Assembly: GCF_032444005.1 (NCBI RefSeq)
Contig: NC_091283.1
Coordinates: forward strand, 782,440,001-782,504,000
Reading direction: 5' to 3'
From: Ranitomeya imitator
Lineage: Eukaryota
Length of the DNA stretch: 64,000 bases
In this document: positions 25,651 through 38,119 of the stretch, piece by piece
Numbering within the stretch: position 1 is the stretch's first letter
How the letters are laid out: each line of letters opens with the position of its first letter
Notes under the pieces: model-generated
Told to the model about the DNA's origin: nothing
The model's input: the letters and a program-made list of their open reading frames with translations, nothing else
Database searches by the model: none
Position numbers and translations under genes: made by a program

Positions 25651-27799
25651 ATATATACAGGAACAGGTAAAAATGGCTATACAAATAGAAAAAAAATTCA
25701 AATCTGGCGCCAATAAAAATCACATGACAAATGGTGTCAGGGTTCATAGTATTTACATATGGTATAACACATGATCTGTATATAAATTTAATATAAACAA
25801 AATAAATAGAATTCACATTGGTATTCCCATGAATAGGCAATAATACAATATATATATTGTTTCACAGATGTGTGAAAAAAGAAGGAAAAAAGACGAAAGA
25901 AAAAAATTAAAAAATTAAAGGCTCGGTTGAAAACTCACACCAAACAATAGGTGATGACACCCTCAGCCATCACCCTACGGATGTGCCACAACTACAGACA
26001 CAAGAGGAAAAAGGAGAAATACCATTACCACCTTCCGATATTCAGTGTATCAAAATAAATTTTTGAAAAAATTAAAACATACTGTATATATGTTTATTGA
26101 AAAAATAAAAAATATTAAAAATGTAATAAAAATATTGAGTCTACTGTAATGTAAAGAAATTTTGTTTTAGTATGTCACATTGATAAATGTTAAAAAAGAA
26201 AAAAAAATGTTTTATTTATTATAAAACCTGCTGAGTTGAAAAAGATTTATAAAATTATTTCAAAACGATTAATAAAACATTTCAATGAAAAAGCTTCTTT
26301 CTTATGTTGTGTATATTACCTTTCAATTTTATCGGGTAGCAATGAGCCGCAAACCTATGTGCACACAGCTATTGTACAGATAGTAATTTAGTTATGATTA
26401 AAGTAGCTACCCTGAAATCAGAGTAGCTCACCTGGAGTTAATGCAAATTAAGGAGAAAAGAATGATTATCACAAGTGGTTAAAAGTAAGAAGACCTGCGG
26501 CTTCTAATTTCGATGAGGAGCACTGTATCTATTTCTTTGGGGCTCCTCATCGATATTAGAAGCCACAGGTCTTCTTACTTTTAACTACTTGTGATCTAAG
26601 AAAGAAGCTTTTTTCATTGGAATGTTTTATTAATCGTTTTTAATTAATTTTACAAATCTTTTTTAACTTATCAGTTTTTATAATAAAATATTTTTTTCTT
26701 TTTTAACATGTAACATTGTGATATGCTTACATTTTTTTTACAATACAGTACAATCAATATTTTTATTACATTTTTAATATTTTTTATTTTTTCGATAAAC
26801 ATATATATGTTTTAATGTTTTCAAAAACTTATTTTGATACTCTAAATATCCGTAGGTGGTAATGTCATTTCTCCTATTTCGTTGTTTATGGAGTTGTGGC
26901 ACATCAGTAGTGTGACAGCTGAGGGTATCATCACCTATTGTTTGATCTTTTGGTGCGAGTTCTCAATCGAGCCTTTCGTTTTTTTATTTTTTTTTTAATT
27001 CTTTTTTCCTTCTTCCTTTTTAATATATCAGTGAAACAATATATTTTATTATTGCCTAATCATGTGAATACCTTTTAGGGGTCGAGTTCCCGCCTCTGCA
27101 CAGGGGGAATCTCGGGCCATCTTCGCTGCGGTCTCCCATTCTTCTCCTCCCGCAGTGGAGATGTCGATCCCAGTGTCTCGCTCAGTCTTACTCTGTGCAA
27201 AGGGTTACTGCTGTTTTTCCAGCTTCTGCCATTGAAGCCAGTGCTGGGCAGCGGCGAGCAGACGCTTTTTGGGACTAAGTCCAGCTTTTTCCCTTCTGAC
27301 CCTGCCCAGGGTAAGATCTCTCATTGGAGATCGAGGGTCACATGCTTAGATACTGCAGCAAAACCCATTGGTTATGTGCTTTGCGCCAGTGTGGTTACGT
27401 TTGTATGTGTTCAGGGACCCGGCTGAAATAAGCCCCTAGAATACCGGCACCCCAGTGAGGAGATTGTGTGTATGGATTCAAGGCCCCACATGAAATAAGC
27501 CCCTAGAATACTGGCTCCTCTGGTGAGGAGATTGCATGTTTGCGTAACCACCAACTGCTATCTGCTCGGCAGTCTCTGTGTACTCTTGTGAGGTTAACAG
27601 GGCACAGTGCTTTCTTTAGGTGACTCTGTAAAGTAACAGAGTTCGCTTATACCGCCATATAGGGCCGCCATTTGCCAGCAGCAGGTTCTCTCCTGCACGG
27701 TGGACCCCGGGCTGTAAATGCACCAAATAATATCTCTCTATTTACTCGGTGCGTTCCGCCAGCCCTAACAGAATATTAGCACCAGGGTCTGGCTAGTAA

Positions 27800-28886
27800 A
27801 TGGTGGATGATCAGCGTTTACAGCGGTACATCCAGCAGCTGGAGGGTAGGTTGGTGGCTCTTGAGCGCACAACCTCAGCTGTGGATGTTACCGCAGTCAC
27901 TGTTCAGGCTGCAAGTGTAGCTGCAGCCAGTTTGTCCTCTGCCACCCATGCTCTTACTTTATCCCATCTCCCGCTTCCAGACAAGTTTGCTGGTGACAGT
28001 AAGCTATGTCGGGGATTCGTGAGTCAGTGCTCCATACATCTAGAGCTCCTGGCTGCACGTTTTCCTACGGAACGGGTGAAAGTGGGATTTATTTTATCCC
28101 TTTTATCGGGCAGGGCGTTGGAGTGGGCAATGCCTCTATGGGAGCGTAATGATCGTGTGGTGCAGAGTGCTCCTCTCTTCCTGGACGCTCTGAAACAGGT
28201 TTTTTTGGGACCTCGTGTCACCCACGATATCGCGCTCCACCTGTTGGCAATAACACAGGGTTTGTCCATGGTCAGCCAGTTCACCGTCCAATTCCGGACT
28301 CTGGTCTCTGAGTTGGAGTGGCCGGAAAAAGTCCTTATTCCGGTGTACTGGAAAGGACTGGCAGACCATGTGAAGGACGCCTTGGCCACCAGGGAGATTC
28401 CCGCCACACTGGAGGAGCTCATTTCTATATCTACCCACATCGACTTCCACTTTAATGAGTGGAGGTTAGAGCGGACACAATGTAGTCAGAGGTTTCAGCT
28501 GGCTCCCACCTTCGCCAGACCTCTAGAATCTTCCGTTCAGGCGTCCGACTCCCATGAGGCCATGGAGGTTTCTCGAGCGGGACCTAAGTCTCGGACCGCT
28601 CGAGTACCCGTGGTTTGTAGAAATTGCCAATTACAAGTACATTATGCAAATAAATGTCCACGGCGGTCAGGTAAACGATCGCGTCTAGTAACCATTGGAG
28701 GAGGTTCACTAGACACAGCGGCGTTTTCCTCCAAGCTGTCCTTCAAAGGGACAATCATGTTAGACTCATCCTCTCTAACAGTCGAGCTATGTGTGGATTC
28801 TGGAGCAGAGATGAATTTCATGTCCCCTGCTTTTGCTCTGCGCCATGCAATACCTCTGGTGATGCTCGCCAAACCAGTGACTGTTA
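27800..28886 (+). pseudogene. gag (Ty3 capsid, CCHC) fused in frame to the protease N-terminus
   Basis: PDKFAGDSKLCRGF; CRNCQLQVHYANKC; LCVDSGAEMNF; the ORF is ended by the MITE inserted at 28887. Confidence 0.88.
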
Positions 28887-29081
28887 GGCTGCCATCACAC
28901 AAGCAGTATTTGGTCAGTATTTTACCTCAGTATTTGTAAGCCAAAATCAGGAGTGGAACAATTAGAGGAAAAGTATAATAGAAACATATGTACCACTTCT
29001 GCATTTATCACCCACTCCTGGTTTTGGCTTACAAATAGTGATGTAAAATACTGACCAAATACTGCTAGTGTGACGGCAGCC
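28887..29081. mobile_element. PIF/Harbinger-type MITE
   Basis: TIRs GGCTGCC(A/G)TCACAC; TTA target duplication; almost fully palindromic. Confidence 0.85.
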
Positions 29082-32000
29082 TTAGAGTTGTGAATGGGTC
29101 GACACTTCCTTCACAAATCACACACCAGACTGTCCCTTTTACATTATCCATGTCCCCTTCCCACCAGGAGATTATTTCCCTTCTTGTCCTTCCCGAGGGA
29201 ATGGACGAGATTCTGCTGGGAATACCCTGGCTCCGTTTTCACTCCCCACATATTGAGTGAACCTCTGGGAGGATATTGGGTTGGAGTGAATCATGTAAGG
29301 GCAGATGTGTGAGAGAGTGCGTTCAGGTTTCCACCACCGAGATACCCACAGATCTTTCTTCCCTTCCCAAATGCTATTGGTCCTATGCAGACGTCTTCTC
29401 CAAAAAGGCTGCGGAGACCCTTCCGCTTCACCATCCCTATAACTGTCCTATTGATCTCTTGCCTGGAGCAAAACCTCCTCGGGGATGGGTCTATCCCCTC
29501 TCTCTCCCGGAAACAGACGCTATGTCCCAATACATCCAGTAAAATTTGGCAAGAGTGTTCATTAGGAAGTCACTGTCACCTGCAGGTGTGGGGTTCTTCT
29601 TCGTGCAGAAGAAGAATGGAGAATTACATCCTTGCATAGATTACAGGGGTCTTAACGTCATCACAGTTAAAAATAAGTACCCGCTGCCCCTGATTTCTGA
29701 GCTCTTTGATACGTGAAGCAAGGGTATTTACCAAATTAGATCTGCGGGGTGCTTATAACCTGATTCGCATCCGTGAGGGGGATGAATGGAAGACAGCCTT
29801 TAATACCAGGGATGGGCACTATGAGTATCTGGTGATGCCCTTCGGGCTCTGTAATGCTCCAGCCGTTTTCCAAGACTTTGTCAGTGACATCTTCCAGGAT
29901 ATGCTCTCCACCTCGGTCGTAGTCTATCTGGATGATATTCTCATCTTCTCTCCAGATATTGACTCCCACCGGAGAGATGTTTACAGAGTCTTCGACCTCT
30001 TACGGCAAATTCCCTCTATGCAAAGTTGGAGAAGTGTATGTTTGAGCAGGAGTCTTTACCTTTCCTGGGCTATATCATCTCCGCCCAGGGATTGACTATG
30101 GATCCTGCCAAACTACAGGCTGTGATGGACTGGCAAGAACCCCATTCTCTTAAAGCAGTGCAGTGCTTTATGGGGTTCACTAACCACTATTGCCAGTTCA
30201 TTCCCCACTTCTCAACTTTGGTAGCTCCCTTGGTAGTCCTCACCAAGAAGGGAGCAAATCCCAAATTGTAGTCTGAAGAGGTCTCCAGGGCCTTCTCTTC
30301 TATTACATCTCATTTTGCTAGCGCTCCCATCCTACATCATCCCGATGTTGATAAGCCATTTATAATGGAGGTGGATGCCTCATCCGTTGGTGCAGGAGCA
30401 GTCCTCTTCCAAAAGGATGCTCAAGGTCGGAAGAATCCTTGCTTCTTCTTCTCCAAGACTTTCACACCAGCGGAGAGGAATTATTCCATCGGAGACAGGG
30501 AGTTGCTAGCAATGAAGTTGGCTTTCTCGGAGTGGAGACATCTTTTGTAAGGGTCTCGCTTTCCCTTTCAAGTCTTCACGGACCACAAAAATTTGGTATA
30601 TTTATAAACAGCCCAGCGGCTAAATTCTCTTCATTCCAGATGGTCCTTGTTCTTCTCCTGGTTCCACTTCACCCTCCTTTATCTTGCTGGGGAGAAGAAC
30701 ATTCGTGCTGATGCCCTCTCTCGCTCCGTTGTGTCATCTGAGGAGGTGGAAGGGGAGCCTCAGCTTATTGTCCATACTGAGAGCCTGAGAACCGTAACTC
30801 CGGTTTCGCTAGAGTCTGTGCCTCCGGGCAAGACTTTTGTACCCATTAATTTGCAACCTGAGGTTCTCTCTTGGGCTCATTCATCCAGGGTGGGTGGACA
30901 CTTTGGGACAAGGAGGACATCTGAGCTGCTGGTGAGGACGTACTGGTGGCTACATATGGTCTGTGACATTGGAGATTATATTCAGGTGTGTGTCTCCTGT
31001 GCCAAAAATAAGTCTCCTCGACAACGGCCAGCTGGGTTACTCTATCCCTTGCTGGTGGCAGACAGGCCCTGGGATGGTCGGGATGGACTTTGTGGTGGGT
31101 TTGCCCAAATCTTGTGGCTGTACCATCATTTGGGTTATCACCAATCATTTTTCTAAAATGGTGCATTTGGTGCCGCTTCCACTGCTACCTTCTGCACGGG
31201 CCTTGGCAGTGTTGTTCATAAAACACATCTTCTGCCTGCACGGTATGCCGGACAAAATTGTCAGTGACCGGGGTCCCCAGTTTGCGTCTCGGTTCTGGAG
31301 AGAGCTTTGTCATCTACTCAGCATTGAGTTAAATCTCTCTTTCGCATATCATTCCGAGACGAATGGCTTGGTAGAAAGGGCAAACCAGACCTTGGTCACA
31401 TATCTGCAACATTTTGTCTCAGCCAGGCAGGATGACTGGGCATCCTTGCTATCGTGGGCGGAGTTTGCACTGAACAACGCTGTAGCTGACTCCACTAGAC
31501 AAACCCCATTCCTCCTTAACTATGGTCAGCATCCGCGGGTACCTGTGCCTATGCCAGTGTCTTCCGCCAACTCCAGGGTGGCAGACTGGGCTGTGGAGGT
31601 ACGGGATACTTGGGACCACACTCAGGATGCCATTCGGGCCTCCAAGGAGGCACCCGCTCCGACTTTTGCTCCTGGCGACTTGGTGTGGCTCTCCGCCTGT
31701 AACATCAGGCTGCGAGTTGAGTCCTCTAAGTTTGCACCTCGCTACTTGGGCCCTTTCAAGGTCCTCGAACAGGTTAACCCTATGATCTACCATTTAGCCC
31801 TTCCGCCACGCCTGGGTATCACCGACTCCTTTCATGTGTCCCTCTTGAAACACGTATACATGTCCCGGTTTTCCGAGTCATTTGCCGGGACATCGGGTTC
31901 ATCTACGGACGATTACGAGGTGAACGCTATTTTGGGGTACAAGGTGGTACATGGCAAAAAATTTTATTTGGTGGAATTGAAGGGTTATGGTCCTGAGGAC

Positions 32001-33109
32001 AGGTCCTGGGAGCCTGCTTAGAACATTCAGGCACCGTAGCTCATTGCTGCCTTCGAGCGTAGAGAGGTCCAGGGGGGGCTGTGGGGGGGTGATGTTAGGG
32101 GTTGAGTTCCCACCTCTGCACAGGGGGAATCTCGGGCCATCTCCGCTGTGGTCTCCCATTCTTCTCCTGCCGCAGTGGAGCCTGCTCAGCGGAGACGTCG
32201 ATCCCAGCATCTCGCTCAGTCTGACTCTGTGCAAAGGGTTACTGCTGCTTTTCCAGCTTCTGCCATTGAAGCCAGTGCTGGGCAGCAGCGAGCAGACACT
32301 TTTGGGACTAAGTCCTGCTTTTTCCCTTCTGAGCATGCCCAGGATGAGATCTCTCATTGGAGATCGAGGGTCAAATGCTTAGATACTGCAGCAAAATCCA
32401 TTGGTTCTCCAGGAACGTCCTGAAGTTCCTCAGGCTCTGTGGCAGCCTCTCATTGGTCCTTCTAGGAAGGTCCTGTACTTGCAGCAGCTATAAAAGGTTC
32501 ACATGGCCGCATGGCCATGCGCTAGTATCAAATCTAAGTTATGTGCTTTGCGCCAGTGTGGTTACGTTTGTATGTGTTCAGGGACCTGGCTGAAATAAGC
32601 CCCTAGAATACTGGCACCTCCGGTGAGGAGATTGTGTGTATGGATTCAGGGCCCCAGCTGAAATAAGCCCCTAGAATATCGGCTCCTCTGGTAAGGAGGT
32701 TGTATGTTTGCGTAACCACCAACTGCTATCTGTTCGGCAGTCTCTGTGTACTCCTGTGAGGTTAACAGGACACAGTGCTTTCTTTAGGCGACTCTGTGCA
32801 GTAACAGAGTTCACTTCTACCGCCATATAGGGCTGCCATTTGCCAGCAGCAGGTTCTCACCTGCATGGTGGACCCTGGGATGCGAACGCACCAAATAACA
32901 TCTCTCTATTTAATCGGTGCGTTCCGCAAGCCCTAACAATACCAATGTGAATTATATTTATTTTGTTTATATTCAATTTATATACAGATCATATGTTATA
33001 TCATATGTAAATACTATGAACCCTGACACCATCTGTCATGTGATTTTTTTTGGCGCCAGATTTGAAAATGTTTTCTATTTGTATAGACATTTCTACCTGT
33101 TCTTGTATA

Positions 33110-33172
33110 TATGTGGTTGTGTTCCTGAGGAAGAAGTCACTTGAACTTTGAAACGCGTTGAAGTACAAACCA
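33110..33172 (+). ncRNA. Type I minimal hammerhead ribozyme motif (Penelope-like)
   Basis: CTGAGGA 33125-33131; stem II GAAGT/ACTTT; GAAA 33150-33153; palindromic helix III ACGCGT; helix I GTGGTT..TTC pairs with GAA..AACCAC. Confidence 0.72.
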
Positions 33173-33419
33173 CTTTCTTTCATTGGGATATCTTTGGTCC
33201 TGCATTTTAATCGGCAGTGCGGATTACATCCACCAACCTTCTACCTCTTCGAAATGTCAACTTCCTGGGACTTTTCCGGCAATTATTATATATGCACCCT
33301 CCATCCTAGTATATATGGCCGTAATCCTGGCTCCATGCTGGTATATATATTGCCCTATCCTGATATATATATGTCCTCTGTTCTACCACTGTTCTTTAAT
33401 GTTTAGAAGAAAATAAACC

Positions 33420-33745
33420 ATTATACTCACCAGGGGCGTACATAGAAGTCATGGGGTTCCATTGAAGAAGTATCATGCACCCCCCATAATTCTTCTACAG
33501 TATAATGCATCCCATGGTCTTCCTTATAATGCACATCTCATAATCATCCATAAAGTAAAATGCACACCATAGTCATCCAAAAAGTATAATGCACCCCCAT
33601 AGTGCTCCTGCTCCATAGTAGTATAATGCACCCCTATAGTCATCCTATAAACTATAATGCACCCGCTATAGTCATCCATAAAGTATAATGCACCCCACAG
33701 TCCTCCTATAAAGTGTAATGCACCCCCATAATCATCCATAAAGTT
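33420..33745. repeat. Degenerate minisatellite (ATAAAGTATAATGCACCCC-like units)
   Basis: Repeated TATAATGCACCCC units of about 30-35 bp. Confidence 0.75.
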
Positions 33746-33753
33746 TAATGTTA

Positions 33754-34020
33754 CGGTGTCTCAGTGGTTGGTGTTGCAGTCTTGAGTGCTGGGGTCCTTG
33801 GTTCAAATCCCACCAAGGCCAACCAAGGCCAACATCTGTAGGGAGATTGTATGTGGTTCACATGGGTTTCCTTTTGGAACTCCGGTTTCCACCTACACAC
33901 CGAAGACATACTTAAAAGGAATTTAGATTATTAGCTCCATTGGGGAAACCGATGATAATCTGTGCAAGGCACTGTGGAATAAGATAGTGCTATGTAAGCA
34001 AAGCATAATAGATAAATAAA
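33754..34020 (+). mobile_element. tRNA-derived V-SINE-like element
   Basis: A box-like GTGTCTCAGTGG; B box GGTTCAAATCC; V-domain-like GGGTTTCC..CTCCGGTTTCC; L2-like 3' tail and ATAAAT repeats. Confidence 0.75.
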
Positions 34021-34085
34021 TATGACGCACAACTCACAGTCACCCAAAAGTATAATGAACCCCCAGAAAATCACCAAATCAGAAG

Positions 34086-34223
34086 GGATTTTCTGGATTT
34101 GTTTTCTCATTTTGACTCTCATAGTTGTTGTCTTTCTATGATGTCAATTACAGGCCTCTCTCATCTTTTTAAGTGGGAGAGTTTGCACAATTGGTGGCTG
34201 ACTAAATACTTTTTTCCCCACTG
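34086..34223 (+). mobile_element. Tc1 right TIR fragment (same family as 12392-13031)
   Basis: Homologous to 12895-13031; ends CCCCACTG followed by TA. Confidence 0.85.
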
Positions 34224-34329
34224 TATACAACTGTAGAGAGAAAAGGAAAAGTACAATTTTCATTGCAGTTAAAGGGCGTTGACACCTTTTTAAATCCTGC
34301 AGTGCTAGACATAAAATAAAAACAGATGG

Positions 34330-34500
34330 AAAACAACTTGAACTCTGTTGCCACTTATTGAAAGTAGCAATCCTACAAGTCATTATCGACATTTAACCAG
34401 CCTTGCCATATGACAAAAGCCAAACCAGAATCATAATTTGCAGACAGGTGTCTCAGCATGTTGCTTCTCTTTGTGAGGATTCACAAGTCTGTGGGGTCTG
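34330..34500 (-). mobile_element. Degenerate copy of the hammerhead-bearing short element seen at 51312-52018
   Basis: Reverse complement matches 51850-51990 (GAGACACCTGTCTGCAAATT..GATTCTGGTTTGGCT; GTAGGATTGCTACTTTCAATAAGTGGCAAC). Confidence 0.7.
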
Positions 34501-34762
34501 CAGTCACATAGAGTGATTGCTGTCATGTACCCTTAGGCCAGATAACCACTTTATGGTTGAACCAGGACTAAGAAAGCATGTTGCATTTAAATGCATTGGC
34601 TTTTTAACATTTTTGCATAACCATATTATGAATTTTAACTAAGATTAAATAAACATATCTTATATTTTGGATGAAAGTGGACACTTTCGCTTTTTCCTGC
34701 CATCAAACTATTCATCACCATACCCAAGTGAACGTGCGAGCTCACCATCTATCACATAAGTA

Positions 34763-36377
34763 CAGTGGGTATGGAAAGTATTCAGACTCCTTTAAATTTG
34801 TCACTCTTTGTTTAATTGGTAAATGTGGTAAATTCAAAAAAGTAATTTTTTTTCTCATTAATTTACACTCTGCACCCCATCTTGCCTGAAAAAACAGAAA
34901 TGTAGAAATGTTTGCAAATTTATTAAAAAAGAAAAGCTGAAATATCATATGGTCATAAGTATTCAGACCCTTTGCTCAGAAACCCATATTTAAGACACAT
35001 GCTGTCCATTTACTTGTGATCCTCCTTGAGATGGTTCTACTCCTTCCTTGGAGTCCAGCTGTGTTTAATTAAACTGATAAGACTTGAGTTGGAAAGGCAC
35101 ACACCTGTATAATTAAGACCTCACAGCTCACAGTGCATGTCAGAGCAAATGAGACTCATGAGGTCAAAGGAACTGGCCAAGGAGCTCAGAGACAAAATTG
35201 TGGTAAGGCACTGATCTGGCCAAGGTTACAAAAGCATTTCTGCAGTTCTCAAGGTTCCTAAGAGAACAGTGGCGTCCATAATCCTTAAATGTAAGATGTT
35301 TGGGACCACCAGAAGTCTTCCTGGATCTGGCCATATAGCCAAACTGAGCAAGCAAGGGAGAAGAGCATTGGTGAAAGAATTAAATAAGAACCCCAAGATC
35401 ACTGTGGCTGAGCTCCATAGATGTAGTAGAGAGATGGGAGAAAGTTCCACAAAGTAAACTGTCACTGCAGCCCTTCACCAGTCGGGCCTTTATGGTAGAG
35501 TGGCCTGACGGAAGCCTCTCCTCAGAGGAAGACATATGAAAGCTCATATGAAAAACACTTGCAGGACTCCCAGACTATGAGATTCGAGATTCTCTGGTCT
35601 GGAGAAATGGAGATAGACATTTTTGGTGATAATTCTAAGTGGTATGTGTGGAGAAAACCAGGCACTGCCCATTATCTGCCCAATACAATCCCAAAAGTGA
35701 AACATGGTGGTGGCAGCATCATGCTATGGAGGTGTTTTTCAGCTGCAGGGACAGGACAACTGGTTGTCATTGAAAGAAATATGAATGCAGCCAAGTACAG
35801 AGATATCCTGGATGAAAACCTCGTCCAGAGTGCTCTGGACCTCAGACTTGGCCAAAGGTTCAGCTTCCAACAAGACATTGGCCCTAAGCAAACAGCTAAA
35901 ATAACAAAGGAGTGGCTTCAGAATAACTCTGTGACCATTCTTGACTCGCCCAGCCAGAGTCCTGACCTAAACACAATTGAGCATCTCTGGAGAGACCTGA
36001 AAATGGCTTTCCACCAACGTTCATCATCCAACCTGACCGAACTGCAGAGGATCTGCAAGGAAGAATGGCAGAGGATCCCCCAATCCAGGTGTGAAAAACT
36101 TGTTGCATCATTCCCAAGAAGACTCATGGCTGTACTATCTCAAAAGGATTCTTCTACTCAAAACTGAGCAAAGTGTCTGAATGCTTATGACCATCTGATA
36201 TTTCAGTTTTTCTTTTTTAATAAATTTCCAAAAATTGCTACATTTATGTTTTTTCAGTCAAGATGGAGAGCAGCGTGTACATTAATGAGAAAAAAACTTT
36301 TTTGAATTTAGCAAATGGCTGCAATGAAACATAAGGTGATAAATTTAAAGAGGTCTGAATACTTTCCAAACCTACTG
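34763..36377 (+). mobile_element. Full-length Tc1 transposon with long IR/DR-type TIRs and a broken transposase
   Basis: TA-CAGTGGGTATGGAAAGTATTCAGAC ... GTCTGAATACTTTCCAAACCTACTG-TA; MRSKELAKELRDKIV at about 35158; ORF 35559-36167 with KHGGGSIMLW and SQSPDLNTIE. Confidence 0.93.
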
Positions 36378-37539
36378 TAAGTAAGTGAGTTGCTTTCTTA
36401 TATCTATATTTGCTTTAAATTATACTTTATGAGAAAAAAACATGCACTCACAGATAAGAAAAAAACATTTTTGTAGACCCCAACTTCCTTACATTTTATC
36501 AATATTATGATGTCAGATTTCTATATTATAATAAGCTGAGGCTATTACCCATTAGGACGTTAATCTCTCACCAGAGAACTGTTTACTTAACAGTGTAACA
36601 TGTGTAAGAAGTTTATAGACATTTTTATGGCTCTCTAGAAGGTCCTCTACAAATTCATGTTGGCATGTCATGCAGCGACTATAAACTTTAACTGGATTGA
36701 AAACACCATATGTTGGGAACTGTTGGAAGACAAAGTCTGAATGTGCTTGGGACGAGTAAATCTGTTCATAAGTGGCTTTTGTCTCTTCAATTTAAACTAA
36801 TGAATCACAGATTTCTTATTTTAATTCACCTGAAGGAAGCAAAAGCAAGATAGACATTCGAGAATTTATAGCTGCAACATCAACCTAAGATTAAACTAAG
36901 CTTTGATATTTCGTCTTTAATGAGCGTTGTCATTCTTGATGAATGTTCGGTAATCAAACATGCAGAAATGCTTGTCAAATTTTATAGATGTTCCCCTTAG
37001 GTTAAGAGCAATCTGTTTATTTGTTTTCTGTTGATTTCCCCTTTGAGCTTAAGTAGGGACTTAAATAATGGAATGGCCATACAACAGAACAACTTTAAAA
37101 GTATATGCTGAGAGATGTTTACGTCTATTTAGTATTTTTTATTCTGAAGAAGATACATTGTGCATACAGTAGCTATAAATGATGCATCTCAATACAACTT
37201 CTGGAACTTACTAAGACTTTATTCTTCTGACATACACCAGACGTTACCATTGTTCTTACCGACAGCAAAAACACATTACTATTAATTATTTATACAAGAT
37301 TTCCATTGAACTGCTGCGATTACTTTTAGAAAATCAGAATTGAGATTTGTAAACTTTTAGAAAGTTCAGTGTAAAATCTATAATTACACATGTGGTCAAA
37401 ATTGTTGGTGACCCTCATTTAACCCATTACTTGCCAAATTAAAATTTTTACAAGTACGGATTTTTCAGAAAAGGGCGTCCCAATATTCAATTAACAGATT
37501 TTGATTTTTGCCATCGAGTACGGTGGTCTGGTGATGTCC

Positions 37540-37953
37540 GTCCATCTAAATTGCGATCTCAACACTTGCGGAATGTAGTTTAAAAGCGTTTCAATGTAGG
37601 TGCAGTAACTATAAAGGTTATCAGATTGTGAAATCAAACAGTCCCCCAGAGTAATGTCCACTTGATTGAAAAGTGTGGCTATTGGCTAATTAATAAAGCC
37701 CACACACGTGCTGGCCGTGAAAGCCGCACCATCCTGTTTCAGGATGCGGCACTGGACGTTCAAGAGTGTATTATTCAAGTCGTAATAATATTTCCCCGCT
37801 TCCCGATATGAAAAATTCCAAGAATGCGTTATCGGCTATCGGTTGCACCTCGACAAAAAATGATTTTTCGATGCTAGTCTGCGTGGGAGGCATGGTAAAG
37901 ATATCCAGTTTGCTTTTAGCGCACTCTATTGACGCATCATGAATAAATGTCAT
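37540..37953 (-). pseudogene. Polinton major capsid protein (PY/hexon-like) N-terminus
   Basis: MTFIHDASIECAKSKLDIFTMPPTQTSIE...LEFFISGSGE, continuing with IATLFNQVDITLGDCLISQSDNLYSY after a frameshift. Confidence 0.82.
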
Positions 37954-38119
37954 GATCGGTTATTAGAAGATGTCACTCGTGAGGCGTCTTGCGGGTTTCT
38001 GACAAAAGCTCGATTTACATTAAGCGGTTTTATTCATGAGGCACAGTGGGAATCGCGATGAGCAGGGTCTTTTCGCTCACGGTAAAGTGTTTCTCTTTTT
38101 CTTTTATGCGATTTTGTGG

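Larger units (their letters stand above)
27073..32938 (+). mobile_element. Full-length Ty3/Gypsy chromovirus family 2 copy B (decayed)
   Basis: LTRs at 27073-27770 and 32093-32938; TSD ATACC (27068-27072, 32939-32943); gag-PR ORF 27800-28939; RT YLDD (29706-30095); RH; IN and chromodomain (30963-32021); G-rich PPT before 32093. Confidence 0.96.
25520..33260. repeat. Large fold-back of a Penelope-like derived sequence: left arm about 25520-26521, right arm 26542-27072 plus 32944-33260
   Basis: Centre GATGAGGAGC-(20 nt)-GCTCCTCATC. Arms are diverged reverse complements. The right arm is split by Gypsy 27073-32938. Hammerhead-like motifs lie near both outer ends. Confidence 0.85.

Noticed and set aside
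28665-28685. PEG10-type -1 frameshift site (GGTAAAC; GGAAAAC at about 5660)
   Set aside because: In both family 2 copies the knuckle reads in frame into protease (SGKR) and the heptamer is not in X XXY YYZ phase.
33754-33830. tRNA gene
   Set aside because: A and B boxes are present but there is no closed cloverleaf, and it continues into a SINE body and LINE-like tail.
36380-37440. Host exon
   Set aside because: No ORF of note and no convincing acceptor/donor pair with an open frame.
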